A DNA stretch of 64,000 nt. Origin: an uncultured Alistipes sp. GTDB lineage: Bacteria > Bacteroidota > Bacteroidia > Bacteroidales > Rikenellaceae. Positions 26,018 through 34,651 of this stretch are shown here, one piece after another. The first letter of the stretch is position 1, and the number at the start of each line of letters is the position of its first letter. Location of the stretch: contig CALUNH010000001.1 of assembly GCA_944321965.1 (NCBI GenBank), positions 92,572-156,571 on the forward strand, in the 5' to 3' direction. The notes below the pieces were generated by a model. It ran no database searches and had not been told where the DNA came from. It worked only from the letters and a program-made list of their open reading frames with translations. Both the position numbers and the translations under genes were made by a program.

Positions 26018-28579
26018 TTATTTCAAGGAGTTCAACCAGCCCGGAACATAACCCAGACGTTCGCGCAACTGCGCTTCGTAAAGCGATTCCGGCTGAACGG
26101 CCGTGCCGTTGCTTTCGAGGTATTCGACCTGTTGATTGCCGCTTTCGTCCGTCTCTTGGAAGTTCACCTGAGCGCCGTGGAAGCCCACGATGATCGGCGG
26201 AAGCGTCTTCCACCAGGCGCTGTTCGACCGCCACCATTTGAAGACCGATGCACCGAAATCATGCTTGGCATTCGTGGCATTCATATTCCAGATCGTCAGA
26301 TCGCCCAGATGGTTCGGGACATTCGAGTCGTCGCCGCCGAAACGCCACTGCACGAAACCGCCCGTACAACGGTCCACCAGCGTGGCCCGCGGCTGCTTGG
26401 AGTGCGACTCGAACATCGCGTCGGTTCCCCACGTGTTGTTCCACAGCACGGTGCCCAGCGCCGGGTTCGAAACACCCGAAGCGTGATACTGCCCGGCATT
26501 CTCCAGGAAGGTGGGACCGGACTCTCCGGCCGAATTGATGCACTCGTAACCGCTCGTCTGGTCGATGATCTTGCCGATGAAGACGCGCGAAGAGGACTGC
26601 GAACGGACGGCCGAGTGGCCGCGGTTGCCCGTAATGCGGATGTCGTAGGCCGAGCAGTTGGCACTCGAAACGATCGACAGCGCCTCGCTCACACTCTCGA
26701 AATCGACCCTCCGGATCCACGAGTTGGTCAGACGCATCATGTTGAGCGGTTTGTAGGCTCCGTCGTCACGCCAGTCGACATGGTGACCGAAATGATCCTT
26801 GGCATGTCCCACAAACGTCAGGTCCTCGATGCCGACGTTCTCGTAGTGGTTATACTTGTTCAGCGTCCATTTCCATTTCGACTCGACGTCATAGAAGAGC
26901 GGCTCGTAGAAGGTCACCGTATTGCCGCTGATGGACTTCACCTGGTGATAGTCCTCGATGTGGATCGTCTTGATGTCCGACATATTGCCCTCCACACCGT
27001 AGGGAGCCAGTTCCTGCGCCACGAGTTCCGTCGAGTTGTCCTCCAGCTTAAGCAGCACCCAGTCGCCGGCCTTCACGCCGGTGGTCGATCCAACCTCGAT
27101 CGAGAAGGAGCCTGCCGGGGCATCTGCCGTAACCCGCGAAATTTCCGAAGTCCCCGAGTTGTGCTTGATATTGAGCATCATGGGCGACGACCACATATTC
27201 TCAGGATTTTCGGGCCAGTTCTCGGCATCCATGATCAGCTGCGTCTTGTCTCGACCGGCTCCCTTGATCACGAAATTACCGCCCAGCAGGATGATAGCGG
27301 AACTCGTATAGGTTTCATCATCCACGGCAACGTTGTCTTCCTGGCTGTGCAGCACGTATTTGCCCTCCGGGAAGTAGATGATCGCGTTGGCGTTGGCATT
27401 CGCATGGGTGTCACCCGCAGCCCGGTAGAGTTTCAACTCACGCATCAACTTGCAGAAGGCCTCGCGCGACGACGTTTCCCCCGTGGGGTCCAGTCCGTAG
27501 TCGAGCACGTTGTAGACCTTGTAGCCCAGGCCCCAGACATCCGGAGGAGCTACCTCTCCGCGTTTGTAACCGGCATACGAGAAATCGAGCAGTACGTTCT
27601 CGTCGTTCCGGAGCTTAAAATTTTTCCATGCGGTGCAGGCGTTGGCATCCCACGTCTCGTTTTTCAGCGTCAGCTTCAGCGGCACGATCTTCAGATAGCC
27701 CTCTTTCGAGGTTGCAATCACCGACAGGGTCAGACCATCCACTCCCGGCGCCGTATAGGACTTCGGGGCCGTCACCGTCAGGGTCGTCTCCTCCAGCTCG
27801 GCGCTCCACCCTTCGGGAGCCCGGAGCAGCGCCTCGGCAACATTCGTCTGCACGACCTCGAACTGCCGAGTCTCGCCCAGGAAGAACGTCTCGTTCTCTC
27901 CGGCATCGATCGTCAGATCGAAAGTGTCGTAAACCGGGAAGGAGCATTTCTCTCCCGTAACGAGTTCGACCGAAAACAGGTGGTTCTCCTCATCGTAAAC
28001 CACAGACTTGAACACGGAACTGTAACCGAGAGTCACATTCTCGCCCATGGCATTGACCGGCTTGCCGTCCTGCAGCAGCTCGGTCCACGAACTTCCGTCG
28101 TAGCTCACCTCCCAGGTTCCGTTGGCCGAGATCCGCAACTGCGGAGTAATCCCTGCGGCATCGGGCTGGTGCTCGCCGTCGACCATCGGCCACGCCGAAA
28201 CATCATTGCCGCTGCCATCCTTGATCCGCGTAACGGTGGCCCCGTTGTCCAGGCTGATGGTCCAATAGCCCTCCTCGTCGATTCCCAGCACGGGAACCAG
28301 CACATCGAGCTTTTCACCCTCGATCACGGGATACTGGCTTCCATCACTCATCTCAATCACATATCCCTTGTCATTCTCCTTGACGCCGACGATCACTTTC
28401 GTTTCGGTCAACAACTGATGGTACGCCGCAATACCGGAGTTCACATCACCGACCTTCGATTCCAGAGCGGCCACACGGTCCCGCAGGCTGTCGATCTCAT
28501 CCTGGATCCCGTCGGTCTTCTCACACGATTGCAGCACGAAGGCCGAAACCGCTGCAATCCACAAAAACAATTTATTCAT
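26018..28579 (-). CDS. Surface lipoprotein, probable PL29-family chondroitin/dermatan/hyaluronan lyase (DUF4988 + DUF4955)
   Basis: Lipobox LQSC, DUF4988-like N-terminus, LLDFSYAGY, IYFPEG.Y, IKGAG, ESHSKQPRATL, PESLYEAQL; GAG-PUL context. Family assignment is from recall. Confidence 0.72.
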   Translation of the reverse strand: MNKLFLWIAAVSAFVLQSCEKTDGIQDEIDSLRDRVAALESKVGDVNSGIAAYHQLLTETKVIVGVKENDKGYVIEMSDGSQYPVIEGEKLDVLVPVLGIDEEGYWTISLDNGATVTRIKDGSGNDVSAWPMVDGEHQPDAAGITPQLRISANGTWEVSYDGSSWTELLQDGKPVNAMGENVTLGYSSVFKSVVYDEENHLFSVELVTGEKCSFPVYDTFDLTIDAGENETFFLGETRQFEVVQTNVAEALLRAPEGWSAELEETTLTVTAPKSYTAPGVDGLTLSVIATSKEGYLKIVPLKLTLKNETWDANACTAWKNFKLRNDENVLLDFSYAGYKRGEVAPPDVWGLGYKVYNVLDYGLDPTGETSSREAFCKLMRELKLYRAAGDTHANANANAIIYFPEGKYVLHSQEDNVAVDDETYTSSAIILLGGNFVIKGAGRDKTQLIMDAENWPENPENMWSSPMMLNIKHNSGTSEISRVTADAPAGSFSIEVGSTTGVKAGDWVLLKLEDNSTELVAQELAPYGVEGNMSDIKTIHIEDYHQVKSISGNTVTFYEPLFYDVESKWKWTLNKYNHYENVGIEDLTFVGHAKDHFGHHVDWRDDGAYKPLNMMRLTNSWIRRVDFESVSEALSIVSSANCSAYDIRITGNRGHSAVRSQSSSRVFIGKIIDQTSGYECINSAGESGPTFLENAGQYHASGVSNPALGTVLWNNTWGTDAMFESHSKQPRATLVDRCTGGFVQWRFGGDDSNVPNHLGDLTIWNMNATNAKHDFGASVFKWWRSNSAWWKTLPPIIVGFHGAQVNFQETDESGNQQVEYLESNGTAVQPESLYEAQLRERLGYVPGWLNSLK

Positions 28580-28586
28580 AAACAAT

Positions 28587-30131
28587 TCAGAATTGGTTTT
28601 CCGTATCATAAGGAATCAGCTCCGGCAACACCCGTTCGCGGAACCACACGTCGTCGTTCTCCCGCAGCAACCCGGCCAGCTCCCCGCACAGCGATGCAAA
28701 GAGTTCGGGGCAGGTCGCGGGATCGAGATTCTGCAGCTGGTAGGGATCCTGCACGTCATCGTACAGCAGCACCCGCTTGAGCCGTCCGTCGCGGTCGATG
28801 CACAACTCCATCGTATGGGTGGCGGTCTTCAGGCCCCGCGCTTCGGGGAAGAAGCCGCGGACCAGACCTTCGGCATCACGCTCCCCGTCGAGGTTGCGCA
28901 GGTAGAGCGCCGCACGCGGCCGCTCGGGCTGCACCGCGTCCTGCCGCAGCACCGCCGAGAAGTCCCGCCCCTCGACGCTCTCCGGGATCCGGTCGCCCAG
29001 ACCCGCCAGTCCCAGCACCGTCGGCATGATGTCCGGAGTCGACAGCAGCAGGTCGTCCACCCGGTGCTGCAAACGCCCCGGGTAACGGACCAGGAAGGGG
29101 ATGTTCAGCGACTCGCGCCAGATGGAGTTCTTCGGATCGGTGACCGAATGGCTCGTCATCGTCTCGCCGTGGTCCGAGGCGAAGATGACGATCGTATTGT
29201 CGGCCATCCCCATGTCGTCCAACACCTGCAGCAGGCGCCCGAATTCCCGGTCGATGCCGCTCACGTTGGCGAAGTAGTAACGCGCCGCAGCCGCCTTGGC
29301 CATCGTCGTATCGGCATTCCCGCGCACGAGCAGCTCCGTCAGCGACTTGTCCTTATAAAGCTCGTAGCCCTCCAGGTCGCAGTCCTCGGTCGAGGCGTAG
29401 GGCGAATGCGGCGGGTTGATCCCCACCATCATGAAGAACGGTTTTCGGGAATCGCGCTGTGCATCCCGGTTCTCGATATATTCAATCGCCTTCGAGATCT
29501 CGTGCTGCGGAGACCACTCGTCCACGTCGTGGCGGTTGCCCTCCGTATCCCAGTAATGGGGATGCTTGTGCACGTCGTAGGTGCCGTAGGAGTACCAGTA
29601 GTTGAATCCGTGGCGGCGTTCGGGCGGCGTATAGGCATCCCACTCGGGCACCATGTCGCTCACGTAGGTGCCCGGACGCTGCGGGTTGTTCTTCGTCGGG
29701 TGGTCGACATGCAACTTGCCAATGTAGGCGCAGTCGTAGCCCGCCGCCGAGAAGACGTCGCCGATACACTCGGCATCCTCACGCAGCGAACTCTCCGGAC
29801 GCTCCGACATGCAGTTCAGGACTACACCGTTCCGTTCGGGATACATCCCCGAGAGGAGCATCCCGCGGTGCGGACTGCTCACCGGGAAGTTGCTCACGGC
29901 TTCGCTCAGCACCACGGCCTCCCGGGCAAAACGGTCCAGATTCGGCGTAACCACCGGATCCCCCCGCCAGGCCACCTGCGAGGCAAATTCGGGATCGGAC
30001 CAGAATCCCAGCGAGGAGTTGCGATACTGATCCGGGAATACGTAGATCACGTTGGGGCGCTCCGCCACCGACGGCCCGCAGGCGGTCAGGGCGAGGCCCG
30101 CAAACGGAATCATATTTCTGGCTCTCAACAT
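28587..30131 (-). CDS. Formylglycine-dependent (Ser-type) S1 sulfatase, probably chondroitin 4-O-sulfatase-like
   Basis: PNVIYVFPDQ, SSPHRGMLLSG (SxPxR), GKLH, PPHSP, SDHG; lipobox LTAC. Subfamily is inferred. Confidence 0.85.
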   Translation of the reverse strand: MLRARNMIPFAGLALTACGPSVAERPNVIYVFPDQYRNSSLGFWSDPEFASQVAWRGDPVVTPNLDRFAREAVVLSEAVSNFPVSSPHRGMLLSGMYPERNGVVLNCMSERPESSLREDAECIGDVFSAAGYDCAYIGKLHVDHPTKNNPQRPGTYVSDMVPEWDAYTPPERRHGFNYWYSYGTYDVHKHPHYWDTEGNRHDVDEWSPQHEISKAIEYIENRDAQRDSRKPFFMMVGINPPHSPYASTEDCDLEGYELYKDKSLTELLVRGNADTTMAKAAAARYYFANVSGIDREFGRLLQVLDDMGMADNTIVIFASDHGETMTSHSVTDPKNSIWRESLNIPFLVRYPGRLQHRVDDLLLSTPDIMPTVLGLAGLGDRIPESVEGRDFSAVLRQDAVQPERPRAALYLRNLDGERDAEGLVRGFFPEARGLKTATHTMELCIDRDGRLKRVLLYDDVQDPYQLQNLDPATCPELFASLCGELAGLLRENDDVWFRERVLPELIPYDTENQF

Positions 30132-30138
30132 TTTAAAA

Positions 30139-33100
30139 CTATTTCAGTTCTTTCAGTTTCACTTCGCGCGTCGCGCCTTCACGGCACGTGAAGGTCAGCA
30201 CCGTCCGGTCGCCGTCCACCGCCGCCCGGCAGGTCTCCGATCCGCCGTCCAGCGCCCAGCGGCCCCGGACCGTCACCTGTACTTCGGAGGCCCGCGAAGG
30301 ATCGTCGATCCACGTCCGGGAGTAGATGCTCCGCTCGACCCGCTTGCCGTCGGCATCGAACACCTCGTCGCTCGGTCCCTCGTAGAAGCGCAGGTCCGGA
30401 TCGGCCACACTGACCGTCAACGAGCCCTCCCCGCCGCCGATCATCACCAGCGACGGCAGCGAAACCCGCTCCAGAAGCCCTTCATTCACCTCGCCGCCGC
30501 GGAACAACGCATAACCCACGATGCCCGTCGGACGGTCGCGCAGGATATGCGCCGTCGAGTCGCGCCGTAACACCTCGTAGGGAAGCTCCCCGGCATAGCG
30601 CGCCGCCTCGTCATCCGAAGCGTGCACCACCATCAGGTATTCGTATCCTCCGCCTTCGACCGCACCCTCGCCGTGGTCGATCCACGCCGTGGCGAAGTCG
30701 TTCTCGGTCGGCGCGTCGGTCTCCTCGTGCAGCGAGTGCTGGAGGCTCTTCTTCACGCAGACCTTCCCGGCCGGAATCACATAGAGGTTCCGCAGGTTGT
30801 CCCGCAGGAGAGCCCCTTTCGGCAGGATCGCCACATAGGGGAAGGCCGTCACCCGTTCGCCGTTGACCTCGACCGGATCGGACTCTCGCTCCAGGAAGTT
30901 CTGGAAAAGGGTCGTATGCACGCCGCCCTCGGCCCGGTTCTCGATGTCGGAACCCAGGCAGACCACCCGGTTGTCGAAGAGGAAGAACGACTTCCGGGCC
31001 CGCAGCGTACCGTTATACTTGTCGTGGTCGTGGAGTTTCATGGCGAAGAGGCCGTTGCGCCCCTCGTGGCTCACCCCGCCGACAAACGCCTCGTCCGACA
31101 ACAGCATCTCCTCGTAACCCGAGAAGGTGTCCACGTTGCGGATGTCGGCCTTCATCTGCTCCATCGGGATGGCAAGGGCCGTCGTGCCGGGAATGTGGCA
31201 CCAGTCCCAGCCCTCCTGCCGGAACCCGCTGCCGAAGGCACTCACCGGATCGCCGTCGCCCAGCAGCTGCAGGCTCCCGTTCGTCAGGTAGCGCCCGTAG
31301 TGGTTGCAGCCCTGGTAGATCTCCGCGGCCCAGACATAGCGGCTGTGCCCCGCCACCGTCACCAGCCAGTCGCCGCGACGATGCGCCAGCGAGGCGTTGT
31401 AGCCGTAGACGTGGGTTCCCGTGGGCGAAGCCTCGGCCGGGATTCCCTTCCCGGTGAAGAGCCGCGTATAGCTATCCTCGCCGTCGCAAACCCGCAGGTA
31501 GGCGGCCGCCAGTTCCGGGTCGATCTCCTGCCGTCCGTCCGGAGAGCCCGCTACGGCCAGCCGCGCGTAATGCCACGGAACCAGGGCTCCCTTGCCGTCG
31601 GGATGGCGACCCGACAGGGCCAGCGGGAACGATCGCTGATTGCAGTAGAAACGCATTTCGAGCAGCGCCCGTTTCAGGATCGCATGGCTCTCCTCGCTCA
31701 CCGCAAAGCGCGTCTTCGACAGCAGCCACACGGCATTCACACCCCCGCCGCTCAAGCCGTCGACGGCATAGGCCGGATAGTGGTGGCGGTGGTGGAAGAT
31801 CGTCCCGTCGCTCTTGAAGCAGGGACTCGTCCCCTCGGTCACCTTGTAGCCGTTGTCGACCCACTGCGAGAAGGCCGTCAGGTAGGCCGCCTTCTGCGGC
31901 GTATCCGGCAACATCACGATACTGGCCAGACGCCCGATCAGCGAGGTGTTGAAGGCGTCGATGTCCATCCCGGGCACCGCGGGCGGGAGTTTCACCTCCC
32001 CTACGCCCGAAAACCACTCCATGGCCTGCTGCACCTCGTGCTCCAGACCCGCCTCACGCAGCACGTCGCGCATGATCACCGGAGCCGTGTAGAAGTTGCG
32101 CATACTGTACCCCAGATGGTGCAGGGTCCCCAATGCGCTGCCCGCCGCAAAGCCCTGATCCAGCAGATGGCGCGTCAGCAGGATATACATCCGTTCGAGT
32201 TCGGCCCGTTCGGCAGGGTCCTGCGCGGCGTCGTGCGCCACGGCAATCTGGAACATGAAGTCGTTGTAACCCCGCAGCAGCTGCCCGTTGTCGGCGAAGA
32301 GCTTCGCCACATCCGGATGCCCGAGGTTGATATAGGTCTCGGCATAACGCACGAACCAGATCGGTTTGCCGTGCAGCGTCCCGTCCGCATTCTCCGTAAT
32401 GCCATACGACGCGAAACGCTTGCGCAGGCTCTCCAGCGGTTGCGGAGTCTTCCCTTCCAGGAGCAGTTCGCGCAGGCGCGTCCCGACAGTCGTCATGTCG
32501 TTCTTCACAGCCTCGTCGATCGTGGCCGGAGCCGCAGGCATCGGATTGCGCCACGACTCAAGCAGCACAAGCCAGTGGCTCGTGGTTCCGGCATTGATGA
32601 ACGGTGCCTGGAAATCCGCCGTGTGCTGCCGCACGTCCTGGAACGACGAGAGAATCCAGTGGTCGAAGAAGAGTTCGCCCTTGCGGACCCCCTCGACCCG
32701 CACGACCACTTCGTCCATCCCCTCTTCGGGATGGCCCTGCATGTCGCGGTCGAAGGCCACCCAGGCCCCGCGCCAGCCGGTGAAGTTCAACCCGTAGTCG
32801 AACCACGCGCACGTCCGGCCCTCCTTGCGGAACTCGAAACGCAAAGAACCTTCCAGCGCCTTCGGGGCGTAGACCCAGAAGACAAAGGTCGAAACCGAAG
32901 TCTCCCGCGGATTGGGATTCTTCGCCAGATAACCGACCGGAGCCGCAATACGCAACTGCGCATCCGGCCGCGACCACTGCCAGCGGACCGAATGGCTGCC
33001 ATGCTTGTAGTGGTCGCCGGAAACCTGCAGCGACGAACCGCGCGAAGCCTCAAAAGGCGCCGCGGACTCCTCGAACGAGAGAATCCGCCCGTCGGCAACC

Positions 33101-33171
33101 TCCTTCAGGGCCTGCGCCGACGCGGTCAGCGACCACACCGCCGCCGCGGCAAGAAAAATCAGTCTACGCAT
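30139..33171 (-). CDS. Chondroitinase ABC-type lyase (PL8)
   Basis: LNFTGWRG, HHLGYSMR, DGTIFHHRHHYPAY (catalytic His/Tyr region), SGRHP, GWDWCHIPGTT; signal peptide. Confidence 0.92.
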   Translation of the reverse strand: MRRLIFLAAAAVWSLTASAQALKEVADGRILSFEESAAPFEASRGSSLQVSGDHYKHGSHSVRWQWSRPDAQLRIAAPVGYLAKNPNPRETSVSTFVFWVYAPKALEGSLRFEFRKEGRTCAWFDYGLNFTGWRGAWVAFDRDMQGHPEEGMDEVVVRVEGVRKGELFFDHWILSSFQDVRQHTADFQAPFINAGTTSHWLVLLESWRNPMPAAPATIDEAVKNDMTTVGTRLRELLLEGKTPQPLESLRKRFASYGITENADGTLHGKPIWFVRYAETYINLGHPDVAKLFADNGQLLRGYNDFMFQIAVAHDAAQDPAERAELERMYILLTRHLLDQGFAAGSALGTLHHLGYSMRNFYTAPVIMRDVLREAGLEHEVQQAMEWFSGVGEVKLPPAVPGMDIDAFNTSLIGRLASIVMLPDTPQKAAYLTAFSQWVDNGYKVTEGTSPCFKSDGTIFHHRHHYPAYAVDGLSGGGVNAVWLLSKTRFAVSEESHAILKRALLEMRFYCNQRSFPLALSGRHPDGKGALVPWHYARLAVAGSPDGRQEIDPELAAAYLRVCDGEDSYTRLFTGKGIPAEASPTGTHVYGYNASLAHRRGDWLVTVAGHSRYVWAAEIYQGCNHYGRYLTNGSLQLLGDGDPVSAFGSGFRQEGWDWCHIPGTTALAIPMEQMKADIRNVDTFSGYEEMLLSDEAFVGGVSHEGRNGLFAMKLHDHDKYNGTLRARKSFFLFDNRVVCLGSDIENRAEGGVHTTLFQNFLERESDPVEVNGERVTAFPYVAILPKGALLRDNLRNLYVIPAGKVCVKKSLQHSLHEETDAPTENDFATAWIDHGEGAVEGGGYEYLMVVHASDDEAARYAGELPYEVLRRDSTAHILRDRPTGIVGYALFRGGEVNEGLLERVSLPSLVMIGGGEGSLTVSVADPDLRFYEGPSDEVFDADGKRVERSIYSRTWIDDPSRASEVQVTVRGRWALDGGSETCRAAVDGDRTVLTFTCREGATREVKLKELK

Positions 33172-33183
33172 CGATCCGCCGGT

Positions 33184-34398
33184 TTAGAACAAAGGTTCGC
33201 CCTTCTCGACATGACCCTTGCGGATCAGCGCTTCGAGGAAATAGTAGTCGGCATAGTTCAGCGGCACGTCGATGTTGCTGCCGTGCGGAACGCTCCCCAC
33301 GGAGTGCATCAGCAGGAACCCGCCGTTCTCGCCCACCGGAGCCCGGTATGCCGGCGACGACAGCGACTCAATCATCTTGTCGGCCTTCTCCCGGTAGAGA
33401 TCGTTGTTCGTATAGGTGTACATTTCGTAGAAGGCCGAAGCCAGCACGGCGGCCGTCGAGGCATCACGCGGCTCGTCGGGGATGTTCGGCGCATCGTAGT
33501 CCCAGTAGGGAACCAGGTCCTCCGGCATGTTCGCATCGTTGAGCATGAAGTCGGCCACCTTCTCCGCATGGTCCAGGTAGCGCTTGTCGCCCGTATAGCG
33601 GTAGCACGCCGTATAGCCGTAGACGGCCCACGCCTGTCCCCGGGCCCACGCCGACTCGTCGGCATAACCCTGCGCCGTGCAACGGCCCCGGACATGGCCG
33701 TCCGTGAGGTCGTAGTCCACCACGTGATAGCAGCTGTAATCGTCGCGGAAGTGCTCCTTCATCGTCCGGTCGGCATGGCTCACCGCAATCTTGTAGAAGG
33801 TGCTGTCACCCGAGAACTCCGTGGCCTTGAACATCAGTTCGAGGTTCATCATGTTGTCGATGATCACCGGGCACTGCCACCCGCGCTTGCCCTGCCAGCC
33901 CCGGTCGGCATCCCACGACTGGATCACGCCCGGCACCTCGCGGAAACGTGTCGACAGCGACTTGGCGGTCTGTACGATCACGTCGCGGTACTCCGGAATG
34001 TTTTTCAACCGCAGACCGTTGCCGTAGCTGTCGTAGATCATGAACCCGACGTCGTGGTGCCACTGCAGATACTGGATCGAGTCGAGAATCTCGGTATGCT
34101 TGCGCGCACGCTCCGCCCAGGCCTCGTCGCCCGTCAGTTCATACATGTACCAGAGGTTCCCGGCGAAGAAGCCGCTCACCCAGTCGTCGGTCGGAACATA
34201 GTCGATACGTCCGTTCTTGTAGGTCGAGGGAATGCGGATCGCACCGGTCATTTCGCTCGAATCGGCCAGCATTGCCAACTGCTGCTTGGCTACAGCGATA
34301 TTTTCGTCGATGATCGAGACACTTTTCGGGGCCTGCGAGCAGGCAACGGCGCCTCCGGCGAAGAGCACGGCCACCGCAAATTTGGTTAAAACAGTCAT
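33184..34398 (-). CDS. Unsaturated glucuronyl hydrolase (GH88)
   Basis: DWVSGFF, HDVGF, IIDNMMNLE, WARGQAW, YADYYFLEAL; lipobox AVAC. Confidence 0.94.
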   Translation of the reverse strand: MTVLTKFAVAVLFAGGAVACSQAPKSVSIIDENIAVAKQQLAMLADSSEMTGAIRIPSTYKNGRIDYVPTDDWVSGFFAGNLWYMYELTGDEAWAERARKHTEILDSIQYLQWHHDVGFMIYDSYGNGLRLKNIPEYRDVIVQTAKSLSTRFREVPGVIQSWDADRGWQGKRGWQCPVIIDNMMNLELMFKATEFSGDSTFYKIAVSHADRTMKEHFRDDYSCYHVVDYDLTDGHVRGRCTAQGYADESAWARGQAWAVYGYTACYRYTGDKRYLDHAEKVADFMLNDANMPEDLVPYWDYDAPNIPDEPRDASTAAVLASAFYEMYTYTNNDLYREKADKMIESLSSPAYRAPVGENGGFLLMHSVGSVPHGSNIDVPLNYADYYFLEALIRKGHVEKGEPLF

Positions 34399-34651
34399 AA
34401 ATTCGATTTTGATGGTCAATAGTTACACAAGTAAAATTACATATATGTATGCGAATCAGGCCGAAGAGATGCTCTCCGTTACTGATTTTTTCACTAACCA
34501 AACCGCACTTTGCGTACAAAGATAAAATAATTTCCGGACTTCCGCTATTTTTTAACAATTTTTTCCAACCCGATGTAAATTTTTACGATTTTCTGCGTTA
34601 TAAATTTTGGCGGTCCAATTTCTTTCATTAATTTTGAACAAATTGAATGAT

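Noticed and set aside
30622-34389. Very long antisense ORFs (also 26006-28780, 34688-37573, 51590-54454, 55952-59386 and others)
   Set aside because: Shadow frames of well-supported genes caused by high GC3; no recognisable motifs.
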